Positions 29,608 through 38,747 of a stretch of DNA of 64,000 nt are shown here, one piece after another. A program made the translations under genes and the position numbers. The notes under the pieces were generated by a model. It saw only the letters and a program-made list of their open reading frames with translations, was not told the DNA's origin and ran no database searches. Positions within the stretch are counted from its first letter, which is position 1. Every line of letters starts with the position of its first letter. Origin of the DNA: Escherichia phage vB_EcoM_SYGD1; sequence record MW883059; one strand, written 5' to 3'.

Positions 29608-29632
29608 GTATTATATTCAAAAGGAGACAATC

Positions 29633-29800
29633 ATGTCAGATAAGATTTGTGTTGTCTGTAAAACTCCAATCGATTCTGCATTGGTTGTTGAAACAGACAA
29701 AGGTCCTGTACATCCTGGGCCTTGCTATAATTACATTAAAGAACTACCGGTTTCAGAAAGTTCGGAAGAACAATTAAATGAAACACAACTTTTGCTATAG
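29633..29800 (+). CDS. small Cys-containing protein (uvsY.-2 position)
   Basis: 55 aa MSDKICVVCKTPIDSALVVETDKGPVHPGPCYNY...; GGAGA RBS. Confidence 0.5.
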   Translation: MSDKICVVCKTPIDSALVVETDKGPVHPGPCYNYIKELPVSESSEEQLNETQLLL

Positions 29801-29823
29801 TGTGACCTTTAGTCTATAGTTTT

Positions 29824-29852
29824 GGCCCTTCCTTTTTGGTTGGGCCTTTTTT
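29824..29852 (+). terminator. rho-independent terminator ending the 25-uvsY transcription unit
   Basis: GGCCC...GGGCC stem followed by TTTTTT. Confidence 0.5.
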
Positions 29853-29855
29853 AAT

Positions 29856-30086
29856 TTAAAAGCTTTCTTCTACTTCATCGTCTGAATCTTCTAATTCAGC
29901 TCTTTTTCCTGCCAAAGCATCTCTCACGGAGATGTCATCAGTATCTTTTAATTCAGTTTCTTTAACTCTTTTCTTATAATAAGCTTCAAGTTCTTCTAGA
30001 CCTTCTAATGTTTGACAAGAGGCAATTTTACCCATAAATTCATCAATAGAAGCTTCATAAAGAAATTGTTTAAATTCTAGTAACAT
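29856..30086 (-). CDS. UvsW.1-like small acidic protein
   Basis: 76 aa from ATG 30086 with GGAG RBS (ORF track start 30098 is a TTG); acidic C-terminus. Confidence 0.6.
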   Translation of the reverse strand: MLLEFKQFLYEASIDEFMGKIASCQTLEGLEELEAYYKKRVKETELKDTDDISVRDALAGKRAELEDSDDEVEESF

Positions 30087-30097
30087 CTTTTTCTCCA

Positions 30098-30113
30098 AAG
30101 GGCCGAAGCCCTT
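30098..30113 (-). promoter_or_regulatory. GC hairpin between the HNH gene stop and the uvsW.1 RBS
   Basis: AAGGGC-CGAA-GCCCTT overlapping the HNH stop codon. Confidence 0.4.
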
Positions 30114-30804
30114 ATAAATTAACTGTTTTTCTAAGTATTCTTAGTTTGTACATTGATAATCCAGTAGCTTTAGAAGCATCTTTCATGCATTTATACTTAA
30201 CACCATTTACTTCTATAGGTTTAGCAGCTGGGTTATTAGCTCCTGAATTATCTGGCATGTTATCTTTAATTTTCTGAATAGATTTAGCGGAATGTTTCCT
30301 TCCATACATGCCATTATTTTTACCTGATTGATTGATAGAATGCAATCTTTTAGCTTCTTCAGTCCATTTTGTTGGGTTCATTCTTTTAGTTTTACTAATT
30401 TTACTTCCCCACGTAATTGGACGATTTTTCATGAGTTTTGACATATATTGTTTATGTTCTTCCGTATGGTGTTTTCCGTAAAATGGATTACCTTCACCTG
30501 ATTGAAGTTTTGCCATTTTACGACGTTCCCAGGCGTAAGATTTATTAACGTGTCTTTCATGAGTATTTGAATTCATTCCCATACATATAACGGCTTTAAT
30601 TATACCGTAATGGTTTGGATGAATTTTAGCTAAAAGTTTATGAGCTATAAAATGCTCTTCAGCTGTTAGTTCTACCAAATTACACTTATCATCTGTACCA
30701 CCCATACATCTAGGAATTATATGATGAGTTTCAGTGTATCCATTAAGGCGAGCCCGATTCTGGGCTCTATTAATTAAATTATCATATATTAATTTATAAT
30801 TCAA
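30112..30804 (-). CDS. HNH homing endonuclease, free-standing, inserted between uvsW and uvsW.1; TTG start
   Basis: 230 aa; HNH motif HHIIPRCMGGTDDKCNLVELTAEEHFIAH; TTG start 7 nt after GAGG and overlapping uvsW TGA. Confidence 0.75.
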   Translation of the reverse strand: MNYKLIYDNLINRAQNRARLNGYTETHHIIPRCMGGTDDKCNLVELTAEEHFIAHKLLAKIHPNHYGIIKAVICMGMNSNTHERHVNKSYAWERRKMAKLQSGEGNPFYGKHHTEEHKQYMSKLMKNRPITWGSKISKTKRMNPTKWTEEAKRLHSINQSGKNNGMYGRKHSAKSIQKIKDNMPDNSGANNPAAKPIEVNGVKYKCMKDASKATGLSMYKLRILRKTVNL

Positions 30805-32312
30805 AGTTTAACCTCTTTCATCACATAATTAAACTTCTCATCAGCATAACGCTGAATACGATCAAGTCCATGTTTTAAAAGATAGTTTAAATGCGAGTAT
30901 TTTTTAGAAGATGTTTTTGATTTAGAAACTACGCCCGCGTCATCTATGAGGTCCCAGACTGTTGCGATTGTTTTAGAACCATGCTTACGTAATACGCGAC
31001 CTATTGTTTGCAATACAATAATTTTAGATTTAACGCCGTGCGCTAAAACAACGTGATGCAGATTTTTAACTGAAATACCAGTAGAAAATACACCATAACT
31101 AGCTACTATAATTATTCCTTTACCGTTTTCAGCTAAGGTTTTCATTATGTTTCGAGTTTCGGTATCAACTTCCCCTGATACGTAATAAACTTTATCGTAT
31201 TCATTTTTAATTAAATCGAAAATAGCTTTACCATGTGATACATGCTTAAACATGACAAAAGCGTTTTCATCTTTTTGCGCAAGTTTAATAGCTAATTTAG
31301 CGATCCATTTATTTCTTTTACTGAGCCCAGTAATAATTTTTATTTCTTCTTGGTAAGTTTTTCCCTTTAATTTAGTAGTGAACTCATCAGGATAACGAAG
31401 AAAAATACTATTAATTTTTAACTCAGTTACTTGTCCATCTTCCATTAATTTAGAAGTCGTTACTGGCTTAAATATTTCACCAAACATTCCAACATACTGC
31501 ATGATATTAGCTTTGCCATCACGTAATGAACCTGATAGACCAAATTTGAACATGCAGTTATTTAAACCTGATATAATAGATGAAATACTTTTTCCTGTAG
31601 CAAGATGGCATTCATCATTCATCATCATTCCAAATTGTGAAAACCATTCTTTTGGTTGTTTTACTACAGTTTGCCATGTACCAACAATTACCGGTGCATC
31701 ATTTTTATATTTATCATCTTTTGATGCTCCGCCACCAATTTTCTTTATCATTGCATGACTGAATAAACGATAATCAACAAAGTCATCAGCCATCTGAGTT
31801 GTCAGAGCAGTTGTTGGAACAATGATAAGAATTTTACCTTCATAATTTTCCAAATAATAACGTGCAAGCAAAGCTTGAATTAAAGATTTACCTGCGGATG
31901 TTGGAAGATTAAGAATTCTACGACGATTAACTAATCCTTCGAACACTGCATCTTTTTGATACCAATGCGGTTCAATTCTTTTATTTCCTGAATAGATTTC
32001 TAACTTAGAAAGCCATTCATCAAAATCTTTTCTTGATAATTCTTCTTTTTCGTTAATTTGTGGGTCAATCCAGGCTTTATAGCCAAAGTTATCACAGAAC
32101 TTTTTAATTTGCCCGACTAAGCCGAACGGAAGAAGGCGATTATAATCTAAAAGACGGATTCGTCCATCCCAGTGACCATATTTGTATTTCGGATTAAAAC
32201 GATACCCATCAGCTTCAAAGCTAAAGAAATCACGGAGTTCATGAAATGTACTTTCTTCACAATCAATTCTCACGTGACTAAAATCATAAAAATGTACTTT
32301 AATGTCAGTCAT
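30801..32312 (-). CDS. uvsW: UvsW DNA/RNA helicase (SF2)
   Basis: 503 aa; MTDIKVHFYDFSHVRIDCEE...; Walker A LPTSAGKS, DExH-like NDECH. Confidence 0.9.
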   Translation of the reverse strand: MTDIKVHFYDFSHVRIDCEESTFHELRDFFSFEADGYRFNPKYKYGHWDGRIRLLDYNRLLPFGLVGQIKKFCDNFGYKAWIDPQINEKEELSRKDFDEWLSKLEIYSGNKRIEPHWYQKDAVFEGLVNRRRILNLPTSAGKSLIQALLARYYLENYEGKILIIVPTTALTTQMADDFVDYRLFSHAMIKKIGGGASKDDKYKNDAPVIVGTWQTVVKQPKEWFSQFGMMMNDECHLATGKSISSIISGLNNCMFKFGLSGSLRDGKANIMQYVGMFGEIFKPVTTSKLMEDGQVTELKINSIFLRYPDEFTTKLKGKTYQEEIKIITGLSKRNKWIAKLAIKLAQKDENAFVMFKHVSHGKAIFDLIKNEYDKVYYVSGEVDTETRNIMKTLAENGKGIIIVASYGVFSTGISVKNLHHVVLAHGVKSKIIVLQTIGRVLRKHGSKTIATVWDLIDDAGVVSKSKTSSKKYSHLNYLLKHGLDRIQRYADEKFNYVMKEVKL

Positions 32313-32341
32313 GTCTAAATACCATGTAATAAATATATCTA

Positions 32342-32349
32342 TATTTATA
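32342..32349 (-). promoter_or_regulatory. late promoter (TATAAATA on - strand) for uvsW
   Basis: TATTTATA on + strand 30 nt upstream of uvsW ATG. Confidence 0.5.
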
Positions 32350-32362
32350 CTGAGGAAATATT

Positions 32363-33043
32363 ATGATAGATAAAGATTATATTGCAGAGCTGAAGGCTCT
32401 TGATGATAATAAAGAAGCTAAAGCTAAATTAGCTGAATACGCTGAACAGTTTGGTATAAAGGTCAAAAAGAATAAATCTTTTGATAATATCGTTGCTGAT
32501 ATTGAAGAAGCCCTCCAGAAGCTCGCTAGTGAACCTATGCCAGAGACTGATGGGTTATCTATTAAAGACTTAATTGATGCTGCTGATGCCGCAGAGGGAT
32601 TAAAATATGACGATGAAGAAGTCAATCCAGAGGCAGCACTTCTGATTGATTCTCCGGTTAAATCTGACATTAAAATTGAAGTAGTAGAAAAGGATAAAAT
32701 TCCTGAAAATACCGATGTTTTGATTGAAGATACTCCTTTTGTTGAAGAAAAATTCGAACAAGCTGTAGCTGAGATTATTGAATCTGAAAAGCCGTCTGTA
32801 TTTACTCTTCCGGAAAACTTTAGTCCGAATCTTCAGCTGATTGGAAAAAATCCAGGATTCTGTACTGTTCCTTGGTGGATTTATCAATGGATTGCTGAAA
32901 CTCCGGATTGGAAATCTCACCCAACTAGTTTTGAACACGCGTCGGCACACCAAACTTTATTTAGCTTAATTTACTACATTAACCGTGACGGATCAGTTCT
33001 AATTCGTGAAACACGTAATTCTTCTTTCGTAACATTAAAATAA
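32363..33043 (+). CDS. inh: acidic protein upstream of hoc (Inh / hoc.1 position)
   Basis: 226 aa, highly acidic N-terminal two-thirds; assigned by position, not by motif. Confidence 0.55.
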   Translation: MIDKDYIAELKALDDNKEAKAKLAEYAEQFGIKVKKNKSFDNIVADIEEALQKLASEPMPETDGLSIKDLIDAADAAEGLKYDDEEVNPEAALLIDSPVKSDIKIEVVEKDKIPENTDVLIEDTPFVEEKFEQAVAEIIESEKPSVFTLPENFSPNLQLIGKNPGFCTVPWWIYQWIAETPDWKSHPTSFEHASAHQTLFSLIYYINRDGSVLIRETRNSSFVTLK

Positions 33044-33052
33044 GGATAACTT

Positions 33053-34183
33053 ATGGCTTTTACAGTTGATATAACTCCTAAAACACCTACTGGAGTTATC
33101 GATCAGACTCAGCAGTTTACTGCTACACCCAGTGGTCAAACTGGAGGTGGAACTATTACCTATGCTTGGACTGTAGACGATGTTCCACAAGATGGAACTG
33201 AAGCAACTTTTAGTTATGTACTAAAAGGACCTGCCGGTCAAAAGACTATTAAAGTAGTTGCAACAAACACAGTTCCAGAAGCTGAGGCTGAAACAGCAGA
33301 AGCTTCTACAACTATCACAGTTCAAAATAAGACACAGATAACTACCTTGGCAGTAACTCCCGATAGTCCTTCAGCTGGAGTAATTGGAACCCCAGTTCAA
33401 TTTACTGCCGCCTTAGCTTCTCAACCACCAGGCGCATCTGCTACGTATCAGTGGCATGTAAATGGTTCTCCTGTGAGCGAAGCAACTAGCGCTACATTCA
33501 ATTACACTCCTACTACAAGCGGAGTTAAAAAAATTAAATGTGTAGCTCAAGTAACCGCGACAGATTATGATGCAAAGGAAGTTACTTCTAATGAAGTATC
33601 ATTGACGGTTAATAAGAAGACAATGAATCCACAGATTGCATTGACTCCTCCTTCTATTAACGTTCAGCAAGATGCTTCGGCTACATTTACTGCTAATGTT
33701 ACTGGCGCACCTGACGCAGCACAAATTACTTACTCGTGGAAGAAAGATTCTTCTCCTGTAGAAGGGTCAACTAACGTATATACTGTCGATACCTCATCTG
33801 TTGGAAGTCAAACTATTGAAGTTACTGCTGTCGTTACTGCAACTGATTACGATAGCAAAACTATTACAGCAGAAGGTCAAGTTCAGGTAACTGATAAAGT
33901 TGCTCCAGAACCAGAAGGTGAACTACCTTATGTTCATCCTCTTCCACATCGTACTTCAGCTTATATCTGGTGCGGTTGGTGGGTTATGGATGAAATCCAA
34001 AAAATGACCGAAGAAGGTAAAGATTGGAAAACTGAAGATCCAGACAGTAAATACTACCTGCATCGTTACACTCTTCAGAAGATGATGAAAGACTATCCAG
34101 AAGTTGATGTTCAAGAATCACGCAATGGATACATCATTCATAAAACTGCTTTAGAAACTGGTATCATCTATACCTATCCATAA
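33053..34183 (+). CDS. hoc: Hoc outer capsid decoration protein (Ig-like repeats)
   Basis: 376 aa; repeated Ig-like segments (TATPSG..., QFTAALASQPPGAS..., TFTANVTGAPDAA...). Confidence 0.85.
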   Translation: MAFTVDITPKTPTGVIDQTQQFTATPSGQTGGGTITYAWTVDDVPQDGTEATFSYVLKGPAGQKTIKVVATNTVPEAEAETAEASTTITVQNKTQITTLAVTPDSPSAGVIGTPVQFTAALASQPPGASATYQWHVNGSPVSEATSATFNYTPTTSGVKKIKCVAQVTATDYDAKEVTSNEVSLTVNKKTMNPQIALTPPSINVQQDASATFTANVTGAPDAAQITYSWKKDSSPVEGSTNVYTVDTSSVGSQTIEVTAVVTATDYDSKTITAEGQVQVTDKVAPEPEGELPYVHPLPHRTSAYIWCGWWVMDEIQKMTEEGKDWKTEDPDSKYYLHRYTLQKMMKDYPEVDVQESRNGYIIHKTALETGIIYTYP

Positions 34184-34188
34184 TCATA

Positions 34189-34215
34189 AGGGGCTTCGGC
34201 CCCTTTCTTCATTTT
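34189..34215 (+). terminator. rho-independent terminator after hoc
   Basis: AGGGGC-TTCG-GCCCCT followed by TTCTTCATTTT. Confidence 0.6.
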
Positions 34216-34272
34216 GAAAGCACACAAAACACAATCAGAAAATGATGTATATAATGGCACCAACTCGATAAC

Positions 34273-34488
34273 ATGAGATTGATTATGAGAACTGAGGTTG
34301 TGGTGTTTACTCTTCATGAGTCTGGAAAGTCATTCATTGAAATTGCTCGTGAATTAAACTTACAGGCAAAAGAAGTGGCTGTACTATGGGCTCGAGCTAT
34401 GACTGCTAAAAATAAATTTGAAACTCGAGAAAAAGTCGTCTATAGAAAAAGACATATCAATAAAAAGGTGAAAAATGGAACAGTATGA
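34273..34488 (+). CDS. hypothetical protein
   Basis: 71-codon ORF; no clear SD. Confidence 0.45.
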   Translation: MRLIMRTEVVVFTLHESGKSFIEIARELNLQAKEVAVLWARAMTAKNKFETREKVVYRKRHINKKVKNGTV

Positions 34489-34753
34489 TCTTTATGAAAA
34501 TGAATCTTTTGCTAATCAATTGCGCGAAAAAGCACTTAAAAGTAAACAGTTTAAGCTAGAGTGTTTTATTAAAGATTTTTCGGAACTTGCTAATAAAGCA
34601 GCTGAACAAGGTAAAACACATTTTAGTTATTATTGTATTGCTCGTGATAAATTGATTACTGAAGAAATTGGTGATTGGCTGAGAAAAGAAGGATTCAGCT
34701 TTAAAGTCAATAGTGATCAGCGTGATGGTGATTGGTTAGAAATTACATTTTGA
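34475..34753 (+). CDS. hypothetical protein
   Basis: 92-codon ORF with AAGGTG RBS. Confidence 0.55.
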   Translation: MEQYDLYENESFANQLREKALKSKQFKLECFIKDFSELANKAAEQGKTHFSYYCIARDKLITEEIGDWLRKEGFSFKVNSDQRDGDWLEITF

Positions 34754-34762
34754 GGATTAATT

Positions 34763-35767
34763 ATGTTTAAAAAGTATAGCAGTCTTGAAAATCATTACAA
34801 CTCTAAATTTATTGAAAAACTTTATAGCTTGGGATTGACTGGTGGGGAGTGGGTAGCTCGTGAAAAGATTCACGGCACAAATTTCTCATTGATTATTGAG
34901 CGTGATAAAGTAACTTGCGCTAAACGTACTGGACCGATTCTTCCTGCTGAAGATTTCTTTGGGTATGAAATTATTCTAAAGAATTACGAAGATTCTATTA
35001 AAGCAGTACAAGATATTATGGAAACCTCAGCGGTTGTATCTTATCAAGTCTTTGGCGAATTCGCTGGACCTGGCATTCAGAAGAATGTCGATTATGGCGA
35101 TAAAGATTTTTATGTATTTGACATTATTGTTACTACAGAAAGTGGTGATGTGACTTATGTCGATGATTATATGATGGAATCATTTTGTAATACATTTAAA
35201 TTTAAAATGGCTCCACTTTTAGGTCGCGGTAAATTTGAAGAGCTTATTAAATTGCCAAATGATTTAGATTCTGTCGTCCAAGATTATAATTTTACAGTAG
35301 ACCATGCTGGATTAGTTGACGCTAACAAATGTGTTTGGAAAGCTGAAGCCAAAGGCGAAGTATTTACCGCTGAAGGATATGTATTGAAACCTTGTTATCC
35401 TTCTTGGCTTCATAATGGAAATCGTGTAGCCATCAAATGCAAGAATTCCAAATTTAGTGAAAAGAAAAAGTCTGATAAGCCTATTAAAGCTAAAGTTGAA
35501 CTATCAGAAGCTGATAACAAATTGGTGGGAATTTTAGCTTGCTATGTTACACTGAACCGAGTAAATAACGTTATTTCTAAAATTGGTGAAATTGGTCCGA
35601 AGGATTTTGGAAAGGTGATGGGACTAACTGTTCAAGATATTTTGGAAGAAACTTCTCGTGAAGGTATTACTCTAACTCAAGCAGATAATCCTTCTTTGGT
35701 TAAAAAGGAATTAGTTAAAATGGTACAAGATGTACTTCGTCCGGCTTGGAATGAATTGGTAAGTTAA
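34763..35767 (+). CDS. rnlB: RNA ligase 2
   Basis: 334 aa; nucleotidyltransferase motif EKIHGTNF; [21 protein letters not shown]... Confidence 0.9.
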   Translation: MFKKYSSLENHYNSKFIEKLYSLGLTGGEWVAREKIHGTNFSLIIERDKVTCAKRTGPILPAEDFFGYEIILKNYEDSIKAVQDIMETSAVVSYQVFGEFAGPGIQKNVDYGDKDFYVFDIIVTTESGDVTYVDDYMMESFCNTFKFKMAPLLGRGKFEELIKLPNDLDSVVQDYNFTVDHAGLVDANKCVWKAEAKGEVFTAEGYVLKPCYPSWLHNGNRVAIKCKNSKFSEKKKSDKPIKAKVELSEADNKLVGILACYVTLNRVNNVISKIGEIGPKDFGKVMGLTVQDILEETSREGITLTQADNPSLVKKELVKMVQDVLRPAWNELVS

Positions 35768-35773
35768 ATAAAA

Positions 35774-35791
35774 AGGGACCGAAAGGTCCCT
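35774..35791. terminator. bidirectional terminator between rnlB (+) and gene 24 (-)
   Basis: AGGGACC-GAAA-GGTCCCT flanked by A-run and T-run. Confidence 0.65.
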
Positions 35792-35796
35792 TTGTT

Positions 35797-37080
35797 TTAT
35801 TCATCAACGATAATTTTTGGTAGCTTAACACCTAATAAAACAGACAAATCTGAACGACCCGCCATTTTATCCATGTCTCCACCATCAATTATTCTTGCTT
35901 CTTTTTCATCTTTTGCTACAGTGTAAGGATTTGCTGATAAAGCATATCTAACTAATAAACCGATAGATGGCTGCAAACTTTCTGGGTCAACTACAACTTT
36001 AAATGCACCTACATGTTCAGGGTCATCTAAGTCAAGACCTTCTGTATACGGAGCATAGAAAATTGATCCAACAATTTCTTTTTCACCGATATTTTCTACT
36101 ACACCAACGATTACATAATCTAATGGGCTGTTAGTATCGCAATAAAGCGGTAAACCATTAGCTAAGAACCCATAGGCATTTTGTGAAAGATATTTATCAT
36201 CTTCTGGTTTATGTTTTAACCAACCTGATGCAGCAAGAATCGCAGCAGCACGAGCTGAAGCAACACAGAACGTTGCTGTATAAGTTGATTCTTTTTGGAT
36301 ATGCGAAACCATTTCACATACCATTCGGTATAATGAACGACCAGCTTCAGGTGCAGATGCATAACTCAAATCAATGAATCCGGTATCAGTAATTCCTGTA
36401 ACTTTATAGCGTTTTGATACTGTAATCAAAGATTGCAGAATATCTTTATTGATTTCATCTGCCATTTCAGTTGCAAGCAAATCTTCCAAGAAATTAGGAG
36501 CATCGAATCCATTTGCTTCTAAATCTTGTGCTAATTCAACTGTGATACCAGTTTTAAGTTTACGAGATTTAACTGCGGTTTGCCATTTATTAATCTGGAA
36601 TCTAGCATCAGCAATTTCGCTATCAGAGCTTTCAAATTTGCTTGTTGATGCTGCATCAGAAAATAGACGAACCTTTAAAAGAACAATTGCAATCTGAAGA
36701 GCTAATTCTAAATCGCTTTCTTCAATGGTAGCAAATGGTGTATCTTCTAATACTTTATAAACGATATTATTATATTTGAATAAATCGCCTTTATTGAGAG
36801 TTAATTTAGACTCTTCTGTTAATTCAGTGATTTGTTCTCGGTCTACATATCCAGCTTCACCAGCGTAAGTAGCACCAGTTTTAAATGTAAATTCGTTATC
36901 TGGATTAAGGTATTTGATACCATAAAAAGCAGCAACAGGTTGATTAGTTCTTTGCGTTGCTACAATGTCAGAATATATTAATTTAGTGGTAGCGCGAGTC
37001 AAAGCAACGAGATTTGGGCGACCGATTGAGTTGCTATTCGTTGTGGTTGATTCGCGCAGAAGTTCGTTGATTTTAGCCAT
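35797..37080 (-). CDS. 24: head vertex protein
   Basis: 427 aa; capsid-fold paralogue downstream of the major capsid protein. Confidence 0.9.
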   Translation of the reverse strand: MAKINELLRESTTTNSNSIGRPNLVALTRATTKLIYSDIVATQRTNQPVAAFYGIKYLNPDNEFTFKTGATYAGEAGYVDREQITELTEESKLTLNKGDLFKYNNIVYKVLEDTPFATIEESDLELALQIAIVLLKVRLFSDAASTSKFESSDSEIADARFQINKWQTAVKSRKLKTGITVELAQDLEANGFDAPNFLEDLLATEMADEINKDILQSLITVSKRYKVTGITDTGFIDLSYASAPEAGRSLYRMVCEMVSHIQKESTYTATFCVASARAAAILAASGWLKHKPEDDKYLSQNAYGFLANGLPLYCDTNSPLDYVIVGVVENIGEKEIVGSIFYAPYTEGLDLDDPEHVGAFKVVVDPESLQPSIGLLVRYALSANPYTVAKDEKEARIIDGGDMDKMAGRSDLSVLLGVKLPKIIVDE

Positions 37081-37107
37081 TGCGCTTTCCTTTTGGTTTA
37101 TATGATT

Positions 37108-37115
37108 TATTTATA
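37108..37115 (-). promoter_or_regulatory. late promoter for gene 24
   Basis: TATTTATA on + strand (TATAAATA on - strand) 28 nt upstream of gene 24 ATG. Confidence 0.55.
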
Positions 37116-37130
37116 CCATAAAAACAACTA

Positions 37131-37148
37131 AAGGGACCCGAAGGTCCC
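37131..37148 (-). terminator. terminator after gene 23
   Basis: AGGGACC-CGAA-GGTCCCT with T-run on - strand. Confidence 0.6.
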
Positions 37149-37163
37149 TTAAATCGTCAAAGA

Positions 37164-38729
37164 TTAGATACCTTTAACATATACACGGCGGAAGTAAGCG
37201 TTTTTACCAAGGCTATTCAGAATAGAAGGCATACCGCTTTGAATGCGAGAAGCCGGAGCCTGAGCAGCGGATTCTGCAAATGGGTTGATACCGATACCGT
37301 AACGAGTTTTGAATCCCATTACTGGTTGGAAGTTCTTCGGATCGGAACCACGCAGCGGAGTCAGAGCTACATATGGAGCATAGTAAATACCAGCATCCAT
37401 TTCGTTCGGACCTTTATAACCTACGGTGAAATAATCCTGTTTAGCATACTGGTCGATATATACACGGTATTTACCACCCAGAACACCAGCAAATACTGAC
37501 TTGGTAGTATCAGTGTTAAAGCCAGTAGCCAGACCTTGTGCAGCATAAGAAATGCCGGTATCAACTGAAGCCAGAACGTTAACTACGTTACGGGAAGCGA
37601 TAATGAAGTTACCTTCACCACGACCGGTCTGACGAGCAATTTCAACTGCTTCTTTGTCAATCTGGAACAACAGAGCTTTAAAGGATTCACCTGCCCAGCG
37701 AGCACCACGAATATCGATTGGGTCCTGGAAGTCAAATACACCAGCTTTAGAACCCGGAGTCAGGGTCATACCAGATTTACCAACCTGAGCGGAGTAGTTA
37801 ATCCAATCAACAACTTCGCGGTTGATTTCCAGCATAATTTCGGTAGCCAGAATACCAGACAGTTCAGCATCAGCATCCATACCGTGAACAGCGCGAAGGT
37901 CTTGTGCTAATTCAATAGAGTAAGCAGCTTTCAGCTGACGAGATTTAGCTTCGATAACTTGCTTATCGATACGGAAGCCCATTTCATTCCATGGGTTATC
38001 GGTAGAACCGTTAAAACCTTCCTGAAGTTCAGCGATAGAAGTAGCCATACCTTCAGCGATTTCTACCAATACGCCAGCTTCCATTTGTTTCTTAATTTCA
38101 GCATCTAATTTAGCTGCGTCAGATGCGCCTGAATCAATTTGTTTAACTTCTGTAGCTTGCAGATATACTGTACCAGTTTCCTGGAAGAAGTGAGTGTAAA
38201 TAGTTCCGACTTCAAGAGTATCACTTGCTTTCAAAGCAGCGAATTTCTTAGCAGCACCCTGACCAGAGAACATTGCATCTGGACCATACATTGGGTGGAA
38301 TGCTTCTTTAGCACCGGCAGCGATTGGGTCTTTACCATATACTGCGCGCAGTGCGAATACCTGGCCAGTCGGGCTGTTCATTGGCTGAACACCACAAATA
38401 TCGAAAGCAATCAGGTTAGGAATAGCACGACGTACCATACCCATAACAGCTGGGCCAATCTGAGTTACTGCTCCAGAAGTCTGACCTGCAGCGATGTTGG
38501 TAGCATTGTAACCGTGGTCACCACCGATTTCAGCTTCTGTTAAGAAAGAACCGAATGCCTGAGCAATTTTTTCGTCTTTATATTCCGGAGCTGTCTGGAA
38601 ATCTTTTTCCTGGTTTTCAAAGATTTTAGCGATAATCGCTTGTTTGCTATTAGCAATTTCCGGTAAACCTTCACCTTCCAGTAATGGCTTCCATTTGTTC
38701 AAAAGTTCAGCTTTAGTTTTGATAGTCAT
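37164..38729 (-). CDS. 23: major capsid protein
   Basis: 521 aa MTIKTKAELLNKWKPLLEGEGLPEIANSKQAIIAKIF... Confidence 0.97.
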   Translation of the reverse strand: MTIKTKAELLNKWKPLLEGEGLPEIANSKQAIIAKIFENQEKDFQTAPEYKDEKIAQAFGSFLTEAEIGGDHGYNATNIAAGQTSGAVTQIGPAVMGMVRRAIPNLIAFDICGVQPMNSPTGQVFALRAVYGKDPIAAGAKEAFHPMYGPDAMFSGQGAAKKFAALKASDTLEVGTIYTHFFQETGTVYLQATEVKQIDSGASDAAKLDAEIKKQMEAGVLVEIAEGMATSIAELQEGFNGSTDNPWNEMGFRIDKQVIEAKSRQLKAAYSIELAQDLRAVHGMDADAELSGILATEIMLEINREVVDWINYSAQVGKSGMTLTPGSKAGVFDFQDPIDIRGARWAGESFKALLFQIDKEAVEIARQTGRGEGNFIIASRNVVNVLASVDTGISYAAQGLATGFNTDTTKSVFAGVLGGKYRVYIDQYAKQDYFTVGYKGPNEMDAGIYYAPYVALTPLRGSDPKNFQPVMGFKTRYGIGINPFAESAAQAPASRIQSGMPSILNSLGKNAYFRRVYVKGI

Positions 38730-38747
38730 TTGTGTTAACCTTTAAAA

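Noticed and set aside
32377-32953. Two - strand ORFs (97 and 117 codons) opposite inh
   Set aside because: Antisense frames of an acidic protein gene; no promoter or RBS
34229-34250. TATATAAT motif upstream of the 34273 ORF as an early promoter
   Set aside because: No GTTTAC-type -35 at the right spacing; may be a weak or middle promoter but the evidence is insufficient
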